A stretch of DNA of 64,000 bases, from IMG/VR virus record IMGVR_UViG_3300042473_001002; one strand, written 5' to 3'. Within the stretch, counting starts at the first letter, position 1. Every line of letters starts with the position of its first letter. Of this stretch, positions 26,833 through 34,958 are shown piece by piece. The stretch is from a virus (taxonomy: Duplodnaviria; Heunggongvirae; Uroviricota; Caudoviricetes; Crassvirales). The position numbers and the translations under genes are program-made. The notes under the pieces were generated by a model. It was not told the DNA's origin. It did not search any database and saw nothing but the letters and a program-made list of their open reading frames with translations.

Positions 26833-28464
26833 ATGACAGAATATAATAAATATTATTGGTTAAATGACGAAAGTAGAAAATTTCTTTCAAGAGGTTATTT
26901 AAAAGGTGAAACTCCAGAACAAAGAATAAAAGATATTTCTAATCATGCTGAAAAAATATTAGGAATAAAAGATTTTGCTGAAAAATTTGAAAGCTATATG
27001 TCCAAAGGTTATTATTCTTTATCTACTCCAGTATGGTGTAACTTTGGTAAAGAAAAAGCTTTACCTATAAGTTGCTATGGTTCAGATGTAGATGATACAA
27101 TGGATAGTATTTTAAATGCAGGTAGAGAAATTGGAATGATGTCTAAATATGGAGGTGGTACTTCAATATATTTAGGTAATATTAGACCAAGAGGAACTTC
27201 TATATCTGTAGGTGGTACTGCTGACGGACCAATTCATTATGCTAAAATTTATGATACAATTATAGATACTTGTAAACAATCTGAAGCGAGACGTGGCGCT
27301 TGTGCTGTTTATTTACCTGTAGAACATAAAGATATTTTAGATTTTTTAGATATTGGTACAGAAGGTAATCCTATTCAAAATCTTCAATATGGAATTACTG
27401 TTACAGATAATTGGATGAATTCTATGAAAGAAGGGGATTCAGATAAACGTAAAATTTGGGCTAAAATAATTCAAAGACGAAGTGAATTTGGATTCCCATA
27501 TATTATGTTTAAAGATAATTCTAATAATAATAGTCCATATAAAAAATTAGGTTTAGATATAAAAGCTTCAAATTTATGTAGTGAAATACAATTACCTCAA
27601 GACACATATAATTCATTTGTGTGCTGTTTAGGTTCAATTAATTTACTTCATTGGGATGAAATTAAAAATACAGATGCTATTGAAATTTATACTATATTTT
27701 TAAATGCTGTAATTGAAGATTTTATTAAGAAAGCTGAAAATCTTCCAGGAATGAAAAGAGCTTGGAGATTTGCAAAAGAACATAGAGCTATTGGTTTAGG
27801 TGTATTAGGTTATCATTCATATTTACAATCTAAATTAATTGCATTTGAAGATTTAAAAGCTAAACAAATAAATCATGAGATATTTAAAACATTAAAAGAA
27901 AAATCTGACTCTGCTTCAAAGTGGTGTCATGATTCATTAGGTTATAAATCAATTAGAGAAAATTTTGCGAATACAACATTAGTTGCAATTGCACCAACAA
28001 AATCTAGCTCTTTCATATTAGGTCAAGTATCTATGGGTATAGAACCAATTAAATCTAATTATTTTATTAAAGATTTAGCTAAATCTAAATCTGTATATAA
28101 AAATCCATTTTTAGAAAAAGAATTAGAAAAATATGATTTAAATAATTTAGATATTTGGAAATCTATTTTGGATAATGACGGATCATGTCAACATTTAGAT
28201 TTTCCAACAAAAGAAGTATTTAAATCTTTTATTGAAATTAGTCCTAAAGAATTAGTATTACAAGCTGCTCAAAGACAAAAATTTATAGATCAAAGTCAAT
28301 CATTAAATTTAATGATACACCCTTCTGTATCAGCTAAAGATATAAATCAATTATATATTTATGCTTGGGAAGAAGGAATTAAAACTTTATATTATCAATT
28401 TAGCCAAAGTGCAGCTCAGTCATTTAGTAGAAATATTAATGAATGTGTTGCTTGTGAATCTTAA
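26833..28464 (+). CDS. nrdA: ribonucleotide reductase class I large subunit (short form, no ATP-cone)
   Basis: The active-site motif SNLCSEIQLP and a C-terminal redox Cys pair (CVACES), in a 543 aa protein. Confidence 0.8.
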   Translation: MTEYNKYYWLNDESRKFLSRGYLKGETPEQRIKDISNHAEKILGIKDFAEKFESYMSKGYYSLSTPVWCNFGKEKALPISCYGSDVDDTMDSILNAGREIGMMSKYGGGTSIYLGNIRPRGTSISVGGTADGPIHYAKIYDTIIDTCKQSEARRGACAVYLPVEHKDILDFLDIGTEGNPIQNLQYGITVTDNWMNSMKEGDSDKRKIWAKIIQRRSEFGFPYIMFKDNSNNNSPYKKLGLDIKASNLCSEIQLPQDTYNSFVCCLGSINLLHWDEIKNTDAIEIYTIFLNAVIEDFIKKAENLPGMKRAWRFAKEHRAIGLGVLGYHSYLQSKLIAFEDLKAKQINHEIFKTLKEKSDSASKWCHDSLGYKSIRENFANTTLVAIAPTKSSSFILGQVSMGIEPIKSNYFIKDLAKSKSVYKNPFLEKELEKYDLNNLDIWKSILDNDGSCQHLDFPTKEVFKSFIEISPKELVLQAAQRQKFIDQSQSLNLMIHPSVSAKDINQLYIYAWEEGIKTLYYQFSQSAAQSFSRNINECVACES

Positions 28465-28581
28465 AAAAAATAAATAATTAATAATGGAGAGTAATCTAAT
28501 AGGTGAATATGTAGATTAATAAATAAGCCTATCTTTTGTCCAAACCAAGAGATGTTAGGTTAATATTTGGTAATGACTGAA

Positions 28582-28597
28582 TACTCTATTTAGAGTA
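28582..28597 (+). terminator. weak hairpin (tactct-attt-agagta) downstream of nrdA; possible terminator
   Basis: A 6 bp AT-rich stem with no immediate U-tract, so low support. Confidence 0.2.
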
Positions 28598-28629
28598 CTT
28601 ATTTAGCTCTCTTTATTTTAATAAAATAT

Positions 28630-29718
28630 ATGACCAAAAATGAAATTCAAAGAATAATAATTGATAAAATTAAAAATGCTTTATTTAGAGGAATTGTATT
28701 AGCTAGTGTTAGAAGTGGAAAAACTCGCCAATTACTTACTGCAATTAGAGAAATATCTGATAATGATTTAAATATTAATATATTAGTAAGTTATCCAAAT
28801 GTTGATATAAAAAATTCATGGATTTCAGAATGTGAAAAATTAGATTATTATCCTAATATTGAATATTCAACATTTAAATCTTTACATAAAGTTCAAAATA
28901 ATAAATATAATTTCGTTGTAATAGATGAAGCACATTCTATTCCACCAAATAATATATTACCAATTATATCTAAAATTGTTAAAAATAATGACAAAATTAT
29001 ATTAGCATCTGGTACTTATAGTAAAGAAACATTGTTAAATTTAAAATTATCAACAGGTTTGCAACAAATTGTAAATTATAGTACAGATGATGCAATTAAT
29101 GATAGAATCGTTAATGATTTTAAAGTTGAAGTTCATTTATTTAAATTAGATAATACTAAATCTGTACAATTTGGAGTAAATTCAAAAAAATGGTATTCTA
29201 CAGACTATAAAGAATGTCAAAGAATATCTAAAAAAGTAAATAATTCTTTTGGTATGGAAAAAATGATGTCTGCATTATTTAGAATGAAAATGATAAATAG
29301 TTGTCAATCATTAGTTAAAAATGTTAAAAAATGGATTGAAGATAATATTGATAAACGATTTATATTATTTACAGGAGATGAAAAAGTTGGTATGAATTAT
29401 AATATACCAATGTTTAATTCAAAAAGTAAAAATAACGACGTTTTAAATGATTTTCAAGAGTATCGTAGTAATAGTTTATGTCTTATTAAAAAAGGTGGAA
29501 CAGGAGTGACATATGAAGGTCTAGATACTATATTAATTACAGATATTAATTCTAATTCTGAAACATTAGAACAAAGATGTGGTAGAAGCCTATTATTTGA
29601 AGAAGGTAAAGAATCTGTAGTTCATATATTCTGTAGTACAGAACAATTTCAAATGAATTGGTTAGAAAAATCTTTAAAATCTATAAATCCTGATAGAATA
29701 ATTTATAATTATATATAA
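28630..29718 (+). CDS. SF2 DEAD/DEAH-box family helicase
   Basis: Motif I is ASVRSGKT, II is VIDEAHS, III is ILASGT, and VI is QRCGRSLLF. Confidence 0.6.
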   Translation: MTKNEIQRIIIDKIKNALFRGIVLASVRSGKTRQLLTAIREISDNDLNINILVSYPNVDIKNSWISECEKLDYYPNIEYSTFKSLHKVQNNKYNFVVIDEAHSIPPNNILPIISKIVKNNDKIILASGTYSKETLLNLKLSTGLQQIVNYSTDDAINDRIVNDFKVEVHLFKLDNTKSVQFGVNSKKWYSTDYKECQRISKKVNNSFGMEKMMSALFRMKMINSCQSLVKNVKKWIEDNIDKRFILFTGDEKVGMNYNIPMFNSKSKNNDVLNDFQEYRSNSLCLIKKGGTGVTYEGLDTILITDINSNSETLEQRCGRSLLFEEGKESVVHIFCSTEQFQMNWLEKSLKSINPDRIIYNYI

Positions 29719-29835
29719 AAATGGAAATAATTGAAACAATATTAATGATTTTTGGAATAATGTTTTTTATAGCATTAATTTCAATGATGTTTAACGACGA
29801 TAATTATGGTGATTATCCTTAAATTAAAAAAATAA

Positions 29836-30561
29836 ATGAACAGAGTTAATTTTAAAAATGCAAATACCAAATCTGTAGATCAATCTTATTTTAAACCTAA
29901 AGTTAATGTAAAAGTTAAAAAAAAAGTTGAAAATAAACTTTTTGAAGTAAAAACACCATATACAAAACTTGAAGAAAAATATCCTAATTGGTGGACACAT
30001 GCAGGTTTTAATGTAAAAGAAACCAATGAAAAAGCTATACACGGTAAAGGAATATTAGAACAAATTCAAGATCAAAAAGAATTTTCTAAAATTGAAATTC
30101 CTAAAGAAATGAAATTTAATTCTGAAATTATTGTAAAAAATTTAAAAGATGTTGTACAAGTAACTCAAATTCAAAATAATGAACGACGTTATGAAGATAG
30201 AGGTTATAAATGTTGGCATAGTCATAACAAATATACATTAAATGATTGTGTAATTAAAATATCTGATAATGCTGGTGGATGTAGTGTTCAACAATTATAT
30301 TATTGGGGACATAATGCAAATAATGAAAATATTCCTAAATTACTAGATTATATTTTAGATAATTTAGATAAAGGTGTTGGAGTTATATTATGTCAAGTAG
30401 GTAGTATGTTTTATAAAAGTTTATTTTGTAAAACAATTGAAAAATTAGGTTTTAAATATTATGAAGAATATGAAAATCATCAACATGGAGATGGAGATAC
30501 AGGTAGATTATATACTTTGATTATAAAAAAAAATGAAAAAAATAAAAGAGTTACAGAATAG
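29836..30561 (+). CDS. hypothetical protein
   Basis: A 241 aa ORF. Confidence 0.45.
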   Translation: MNRVNFKNANTKSVDQSYFKPKVNVKVKKKVENKLFEVKTPYTKLEEKYPNWWTHAGFNVKETNEKAIHGKGILEQIQDQKEFSKIEIPKEMKFNSEIIVKNLKDVVQVTQIQNNERRYEDRGYKCWHSHNKYTLNDCVIKISDNAGGCSVQQLYYWGHNANNENIPKLLDYILDNLDKGVGVILCQVGSMFYKSLFCKTIEKLGFKYYEEYENHQHGDGDTGRLYTLIIKKNEKNKRVTE

Positions 30562-31243
30562 AAGTAAATTAAATGAAGGTAGAAATTTTGGTACTGGATT
30601 TACTATATTAAATAAAAAAGGTAGTAAATTTGAAACTTATTTACCTTTTACAGCATGTCGAGATTATTTAAATGATTTTATATATTGTGAATTAGCTAAA
30701 GAAGAAATAGGTAATGCTTGTGGTTATGAACATAAAGTTTTAAATTGTTTTGACAATAAAAGATTATTTTATTTAGGAGTTAATACTTTACATACTCAAA
30801 GACGTGGTAAATATAATCAATTTGATCAACATAAAAAGTTATTAATTGAAAATTATAAAAATTTAGAATCTTTATTAAATATAATAGAATCTAAATTAAA
30901 TTTAAAATATAAATCTAAAATTGAATTAGATGAAGATACTTTAATTATTAAAGCTCCAATTTATTGGACCAAAAGTACAGCTTTAATTAGTGTTTATACT
31001 TTATTTATTAGATGTTTTTTTGATGTTAATGAAATTATTACAGAAGAAAATATTGATAATATTATTGAAACTAAGAAACCTTTTATTGCTTCTGATTCAT
31101 TTTATAATTATTACAAAGTATTTTATAATAATATGTTAAATAGAAATTTTATTAAATTAGATTATAAACCATGTATGAAATATAGTAAAACTGGAGTCCA
31201 TAGTTTTGGAATTCAAAAAGCAATTTTACAAGTAGCAATATAA
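30533..31243 (+). CDS. hypothetical protein
   Basis: A 236 aa ORF. Confidence 0.45.
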   Translation: MKKIKELQNRSKLNEGRNFGTGFTILNKKGSKFETYLPFTACRDYLNDFIYCELAKEEIGNACGYEHKVLNCFDNKRLFYLGVNTLHTQRRGKYNQFDQHKKLLIENYKNLESLLNIIESKLNLKYKSKIELDEDTLIIKAPIYWTKSTALISVYTLFIRCFFDVNEIITEENIDNIIETKKPFIASDSFYNYYKVFYNNMLNRNFIKLDYKPCMKYSKTGVHSFGIQKAILQVAI

Positions 31244-31533
31244 TGACAGATAAAGAATTAATAAAATACCTTGTAGATAATAATGATTATAAATATAATC
31301 TTTTAAAAACTGCAGAAGAACTCAATGAGTTATCTACTATTTTGTTACAATATGTAAATAAAGAAAATAAAGTAGATAAACAAAAAATAATAGAGGAAAT
31401 AGGTGATTCTATTATAAGAATAGAAGTTTTAAAAAAATTATTTAATGAAAAAAAAATAAAGTTAAGAATCAACTTTAAATTAAAAAAATTTAAAACTTAT
31501 ATTAAAAATAAAAAATATATTGGTAAAATATAG
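31243..31533 (+). CDS. MazG-like nucleotide pyrophosphohydrolase (small)
   Basis: EELNELSTIL…EEIGDSIIRIEVL fits the EExxE…E..D arrangement of MazG-type proteins. Confidence 0.4.
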   Translation: MTDKELIKYLVDNNDYKYNLLKTAEELNELSTILLQYVNKENKVDKQKIIEEIGDSIIRIEVLKKLFNEKKIKLRINFKLKKFKTYIKNKKYIGKI

Positions 31534-31573
31534 TTAAAAAAATTAGGATTTATCATAAATTTTTTGTATATTG

Positions 31574-31592
31574 CATAAATTTAAAATTTATG
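31574..31592 (+). promoter_or_regulatory. 19 bp palindrome cataaattt-a-aaatttatg 5 nt upstream of the GIY-YIG start; the half-site cataaatt is repeated at 31555
   Basis: Direct reading of the sequence. Confidence 0.25.
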
Positions 31593-31596
31593 TATT

Positions 31597-32262
31597 ATGA
31601 TGGGAATTTACAAGATTACAAATCCTAATGGAAAAATATACATTGGTCAAACAACAAACTGGTTAAAAAGATATAATAATTATAAAAAATATAATTGTAA
31701 ATATCAAACAAAATTATATAATTCTTTAAAATTTTATAAATTTGAAAATCATATATTTGAAGTTATTGAAGAATGTGAAGAGTCAGAATTAAATATTAAA
31801 GAAAGATATTATCAAGATCTATATAATTCATCTAATAAACAACATTTAAATTGTAGATTAACTTCTACAGATGATAAATCAGGTAAATTAAGTGAAGAAA
31901 CTAAATTAAAATTGTCTAAATCAAGAAAAGGTAAATATTGTGGTGTAGATAATCATATGTTTGGTAAATTTGGTGAAAAGCATCAATGGTTTGGTAAAAA
32001 ACACACAGAAAATGCAAAATTAAATATTTCTGAAAAACAAAAAGGAAATTTAAATCATATGTATGATAAAAAATATGATTTAAATCCTAATTCAAAAAAA
32101 GTTATTAATGTTGAAACTGATGAAATTATAAATTCAATTAAAGAATTATCGGAAATTTTACAAATTAAATATTCTTATTTAAGAAGTATGATTTCTGGTA
32201 ATTGTAAAAATAAAACAAAATATATATATTATGAAGAAGATAAATATAAAGATGAAATATAA
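31597..32262 (+). CDS. GIY-YIG homing endonuclease with NUMOD3-like repeats (mobile element)
   Basis: GIYKITNPNGKIYIGQTTNWLKRY, plus the repeated helix-turn-helix-like motifs KLSEETKLKLSKSRKGK and HTENAKLNISEKQKG. Confidence 0.75.
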   Translation: MMGIYKITNPNGKIYIGQTTNWLKRYNNYKKYNCKYQTKLYNSLKFYKFENHIFEVIEECEESELNIKERYYQDLYNSSNKQHLNCRLTSTDDKSGKLSEETKLKLSKSRKGKYCGVDNHMFGKFGEKHQWFGKKHTENAKLNISEKQKGNLNHMYDKKYDLNPNSKKVINVETDEIINSIKELSEILQIKYSYLRSMISGNCKNKTKYIYYEEDKYKDEI

Positions 32263-32750
32263 TGGGAGTAATTAGATATATTTCCGACACACATTTTAGG
32301 CATAGAAATATGACTATTAAACGTGGTTTTAAGGATGAAAATGAAATGGATGAACACATTGTGTCAGAATGGAATAAAGTTGTTAATAAACGTGATACAG
32401 TGTGGATTCTTGGTGATGTAACAATGGAAAAGTCTAATTATGAAATATTAAATAGATTAAATGGTATTAAAAAAGTTATTCTTGGAAATCATGATCAACC
32501 TCAACATGTTCATAAATTATTACAATTTGTAAATAAAGTTTGTGCTTGTTTATATGTTAAAAATAAAACTTTTGGAAATATTATTTTTAGTCATATTCCA
32601 ATACATCCTCAAGAACTTGAATACCGATTTAATGTTAATATTCACGGTCATGTACATGAAAATACTTTACCAGATAAACGTTATATTAATGTTTCTGCTG
32701 AAGTTATCGATTATAAACCTAAATTATTAAACGAATTAATTAAAATATGA
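32262..32750 (+). CDS. calcineurin-like metallophosphoesterase (Ser/Thr phosphatase-like)
   Basis: The motifs ISDTHF, ILGDV, LGNHD and HGHVHE. Confidence 0.65.
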   Translation: MGVIRYISDTHFRHRNMTIKRGFKDENEMDEHIVSEWNKVVNKRDTVWILGDVTMEKSNYEILNRLNGIKKVILGNHDQPQHVHKLLQFVNKVCACLYVKNKTFGNIIFSHIPIHPQELEYRFNVNIHGHVHENTLPDKRYINVSAEVIDYKPKLLNELIKI

Positions 32751-33076
32751 CAGAACAAAGATTTGATGAAGTAGTAGATGTATTTTTAAATAGTATTAGA
32801 GAAACACTTTTAATAAAAGGACGTGAGTATCGCCGTAATAACAATCCATTTCATAATTTTGATATTGGTTCACAACGTAGTGGATTAATACGTGAAAAAG
32901 TATTAGATGGATTTTTATTAAAACATGAAATATCTATTGCAGATATAACTAATGATTTAGAAAAAGGTATTTTACCTAAAATTTCTACATTAGATGAGAA
33001 GTTTGGAGATAATGTTATTTATTTAATATTAAAAATGGCTTCTATAATTGATAAAATAGAAAGTAAAGATGAGTAA
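32747..33076 (+). CDS. hypothetical protein
   Basis: A 109 aa ORF. Confidence 0.45.
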   Translation: MTEQRFDEVVDVFLNSIRETLLIKGREYRRNNNPFHNFDIGSQRSGLIREKVLDGFLLKHEISIADITNDLEKGILPKISTLDEKFGDNVIYLILKMASIIDKIESKDE

Positions 33077-33284
33077 ATATATTTATGATTATAAAGAAGT
33101 AAAATCTGGTAGAACTGCTAAATGGTGTAGTTGTTGCAGTAAAACAATTAAACCTGGTGAATCAAGCATAACTATAACTTATTATAATTCTGAATTTTTT
33201 ACTAATTCAGTATGCTCTAAAAAGTGTAAAGACAAGTATTACGAAAATTTTAATAGTGACGAAGAGGAGGAAGAAGATGAGTAA
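33069..33284 (+). CDS. small zinc-ribbon protein with an acidic tail
   Basis: CSCCSK…CSKKCKDKYY and a C-terminal DEEEEEDE. Confidence 0.4.
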   Translation: MSKYIYDYKEVKSGRTAKWCSCCSKTIKPGESSITITYYNSEFFTNSVCSKKCKDKYYENFNSDEEEEEDE

Positions 33285-34386
33285 AATAGATAAAACATAT
33301 CATCAGTTGTTACAAAAAATAATGACTGATGGTTATACATATGAAGATCCTAATAGAAAAGGAGTTAATAGACTTGAAATACCAAGTTATACATTTAGAC
33401 ATGAATTTAAAGATGGATTTCCTGCAATAACCACAAAAAAACTTCATTACAAAAATGTTGTAACAGAGTTAATATGGTTTTTACGTGGTGATACAAATAT
33501 TAAATATCTTGTAGATAATGGTTGTAATATTTGGAATAAAGATGCTTATAATTATTTTAAAAAACATGTACCTTCAAAATTTGTATCATTTGAAAAATAC
33601 ATTAAATTAATTAAAGAAGATAAATTACAATCACTTCTTAGGTTTAAATTAGGTAATTTAGGTCCTGTTTATGGAAAACAATGGCGTGATTTTAATGGTG
33701 TAGATCAAATTAAAGATTTAATTCAGGGATTAAAAGATAAACCTTTAAGTACTGAACATATTGTTACAGCTTGGAACCCTGGAGAAAAGTTTAAAATGGC
33801 TTTACCAGCATGTCATTATGGGTTTCAAATAGTTGTAAGACCTTTAAAATATGATTTTGAAGAAATGTCAGAAGAATGTGAAAAACATTTTAACAAAGAA
33901 TATCATAAATATTCAGATGGAAATTCTAGTTCTGAAGATTTTTGGAATCAAGGATGGTATAAATATGCACATAAAACTTATCCACAATATGGATTTGAAC
34001 TTCATTGGACACAGCGCAGCTCAGATTCATTTTTAGGAATTCCTTACAATATAGCTTCATACGCTACATTAGCGTTGATTTTAGAGAAGATAACTGGTTA
34101 TAAAGCATTAGCTATAGAATCACCTTTAAAAAAAGTTCATTTGTACGACAATAGTTTAAATGCTGTTAAAGAACAATTAAGTAGAAATGTTGATAAATAT
34201 GATAAATGTGAATTAAATTTAGAATATTTAAAAGAACATATGTTTGATATTTATCCTGCGTGGGAAACTAAAGGAGGTTTAAATATTGATAAATTTATAA
34301 ATTTGTTAAAATTTGAAGATTTTAAATTAGAAGGATATAAATCATATCCAGCTATTAATGTAAAAATGTTAGAAAGAGATGAATAA
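33277..34386 (+). CDS. thyA: thymidylate synthase (ThyA family, dUMP-binding) with an internal insertion of about 50 aa
   Basis: ELIWFLRGDTN, GPVYGKQWR, MALPACHYGFQ (catalytic Cys), and QRSSDSFLGIPYNIASY (Asn retained, so uracil-specific). The track start at 33256 is GTG. ATG 33277 (MSKIDKTYHQ) overlaps the upstream stop. Confidence 0.75.
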   Translation: MSKIDKTYHQLLQKIMTDGYTYEDPNRKGVNRLEIPSYTFRHEFKDGFPAITTKKLHYKNVVTELIWFLRGDTNIKYLVDNGCNIWNKDAYNYFKKHVPSKFVSFEKYIKLIKEDKLQSLLRFKLGNLGPVYGKQWRDFNGVDQIKDLIQGLKDKPLSTEHIVTAWNPGEKFKMALPACHYGFQIVVRPLKYDFEEMSEECEKHFNKEYHKYSDGNSSSEDFWNQGWYKYAHKTYPQYGFELHWTQRSSDSFLGIPYNIASYATLALILEKITGYKALAIESPLKKVHLYDNSLNAVKEQLSRNVDKYDKCELNLEYLKEHMFDIYPAWETKGGLNIDKFINLLKFEDFKLEGYKSYPAINVKMLERDE

Positions 34387-34394
34387 AAACAAAA

Positions 34395-34437
34395 ATAGCC
34401 GTAGCGACCTTAATTGGTTACTACGGCTATTTTTTTT
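34395..34437. terminator. bidirectional rho-independent terminator at the convergence of the + and − modules
   Basis: A 10 bp GC-containing stem (atagccgtag…ctacggctat) with a 16 nt loop, a T7 run on the + strand and an A-rich (U-rich on −) flank upstream. Confidence 0.75.
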
Positions 34438-34457
34438 AGACCCTTTAATTATTTTCC

Positions 34458-34949
34458 CTAATTATAAAGATTAGGTTCTTTGTTTTTAAATTCATTCCAC
34501 CATTTTTTATTATGAGTTTGTATTACAGGTTGATACTTTTTTCTAAGTAATTTTCTACAATTTCTACAATAATATGAAAATCCATCTACAGTTGTTTTAT
34601 CGTTATTAAATTCTCTAACAGATTTTGTAGTACAACAATTTATACATTTTTTAAGTCTAAATTCACTATCTATATCAGGATATACTATTCCGTTATAAAT
34701 TTGATAAATTATTGACTCTAAAAACTCTTCTTCATACCATTCATATCTTTTGTTTGAACTATGATATTTGTGAAATTCTCTTTCAAAATCTTGAGCATCT
34801 TCTCTATAATATGTTCCTATAATTTCTAATAATGGATTATGTCCTCTATAACTTTCAATTCTTTTATTCATTACAGCAGAATATCCAAATTTTATTACAG
34901 AATTACCTTCTCTACCAAAAACTCTAATTATATATAAATTATCTTTCAT
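34458..34949 (-). CDS. T5orf172/GIY-YIG-superfamily domain protein with a C-terminal zinc ribbon; probable homing endonuclease
   Basis: LYIIRVFGREGNSVIKFGYSAVMNKRIESY (T5orf172-like) and CINCCTTK…YYCRNCRK. Confidence 0.5.
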   Translation of the reverse strand: MKDNLYIIRVFGREGNSVIKFGYSAVMNKRIESYRGHNPLLEIIGTYYREDAQDFEREFHKYHSSNKRYEWYEEEFLESIIYQIYNGIVYPDIDSEFRLKKCINCCTTKSVREFNNDKTTVDGFSYYCRNCRKLLRKKYQPVIQTHNKKWWNEFKNKEPNLYN

Positions 34950-34958
34950 GTTTAAAAT

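Noticed and set aside
29824-30042. A 72 aa − strand ORF, and similar short antisense or nested ORFs at 31287..31472, 32165..32359, 32542..32730, 33851..34036, 34948..35220, 42559..42837, 56803..57021, 57948..58148, 59310..59531 and 62709..62936.
   Set aside because: All are nested in, or antisense to, much longer ORFs with recognisable motifs or consistent operon structure. Their compositions, with F/I/L/Y/N-rich runs, are typical of AT-rich shadow frames.
33256-33276. The GTG-initiated N-terminal extension (MTKRRKK) of thyA in the track.
   Set aside because: ATG 33277 gives a canonical ThyA N-terminus (MSKIDKTYHQLLQKI…) and overlaps the upstream stop in an ATGAGTAA junction. The extension likely reflects permissive start-codon calling.
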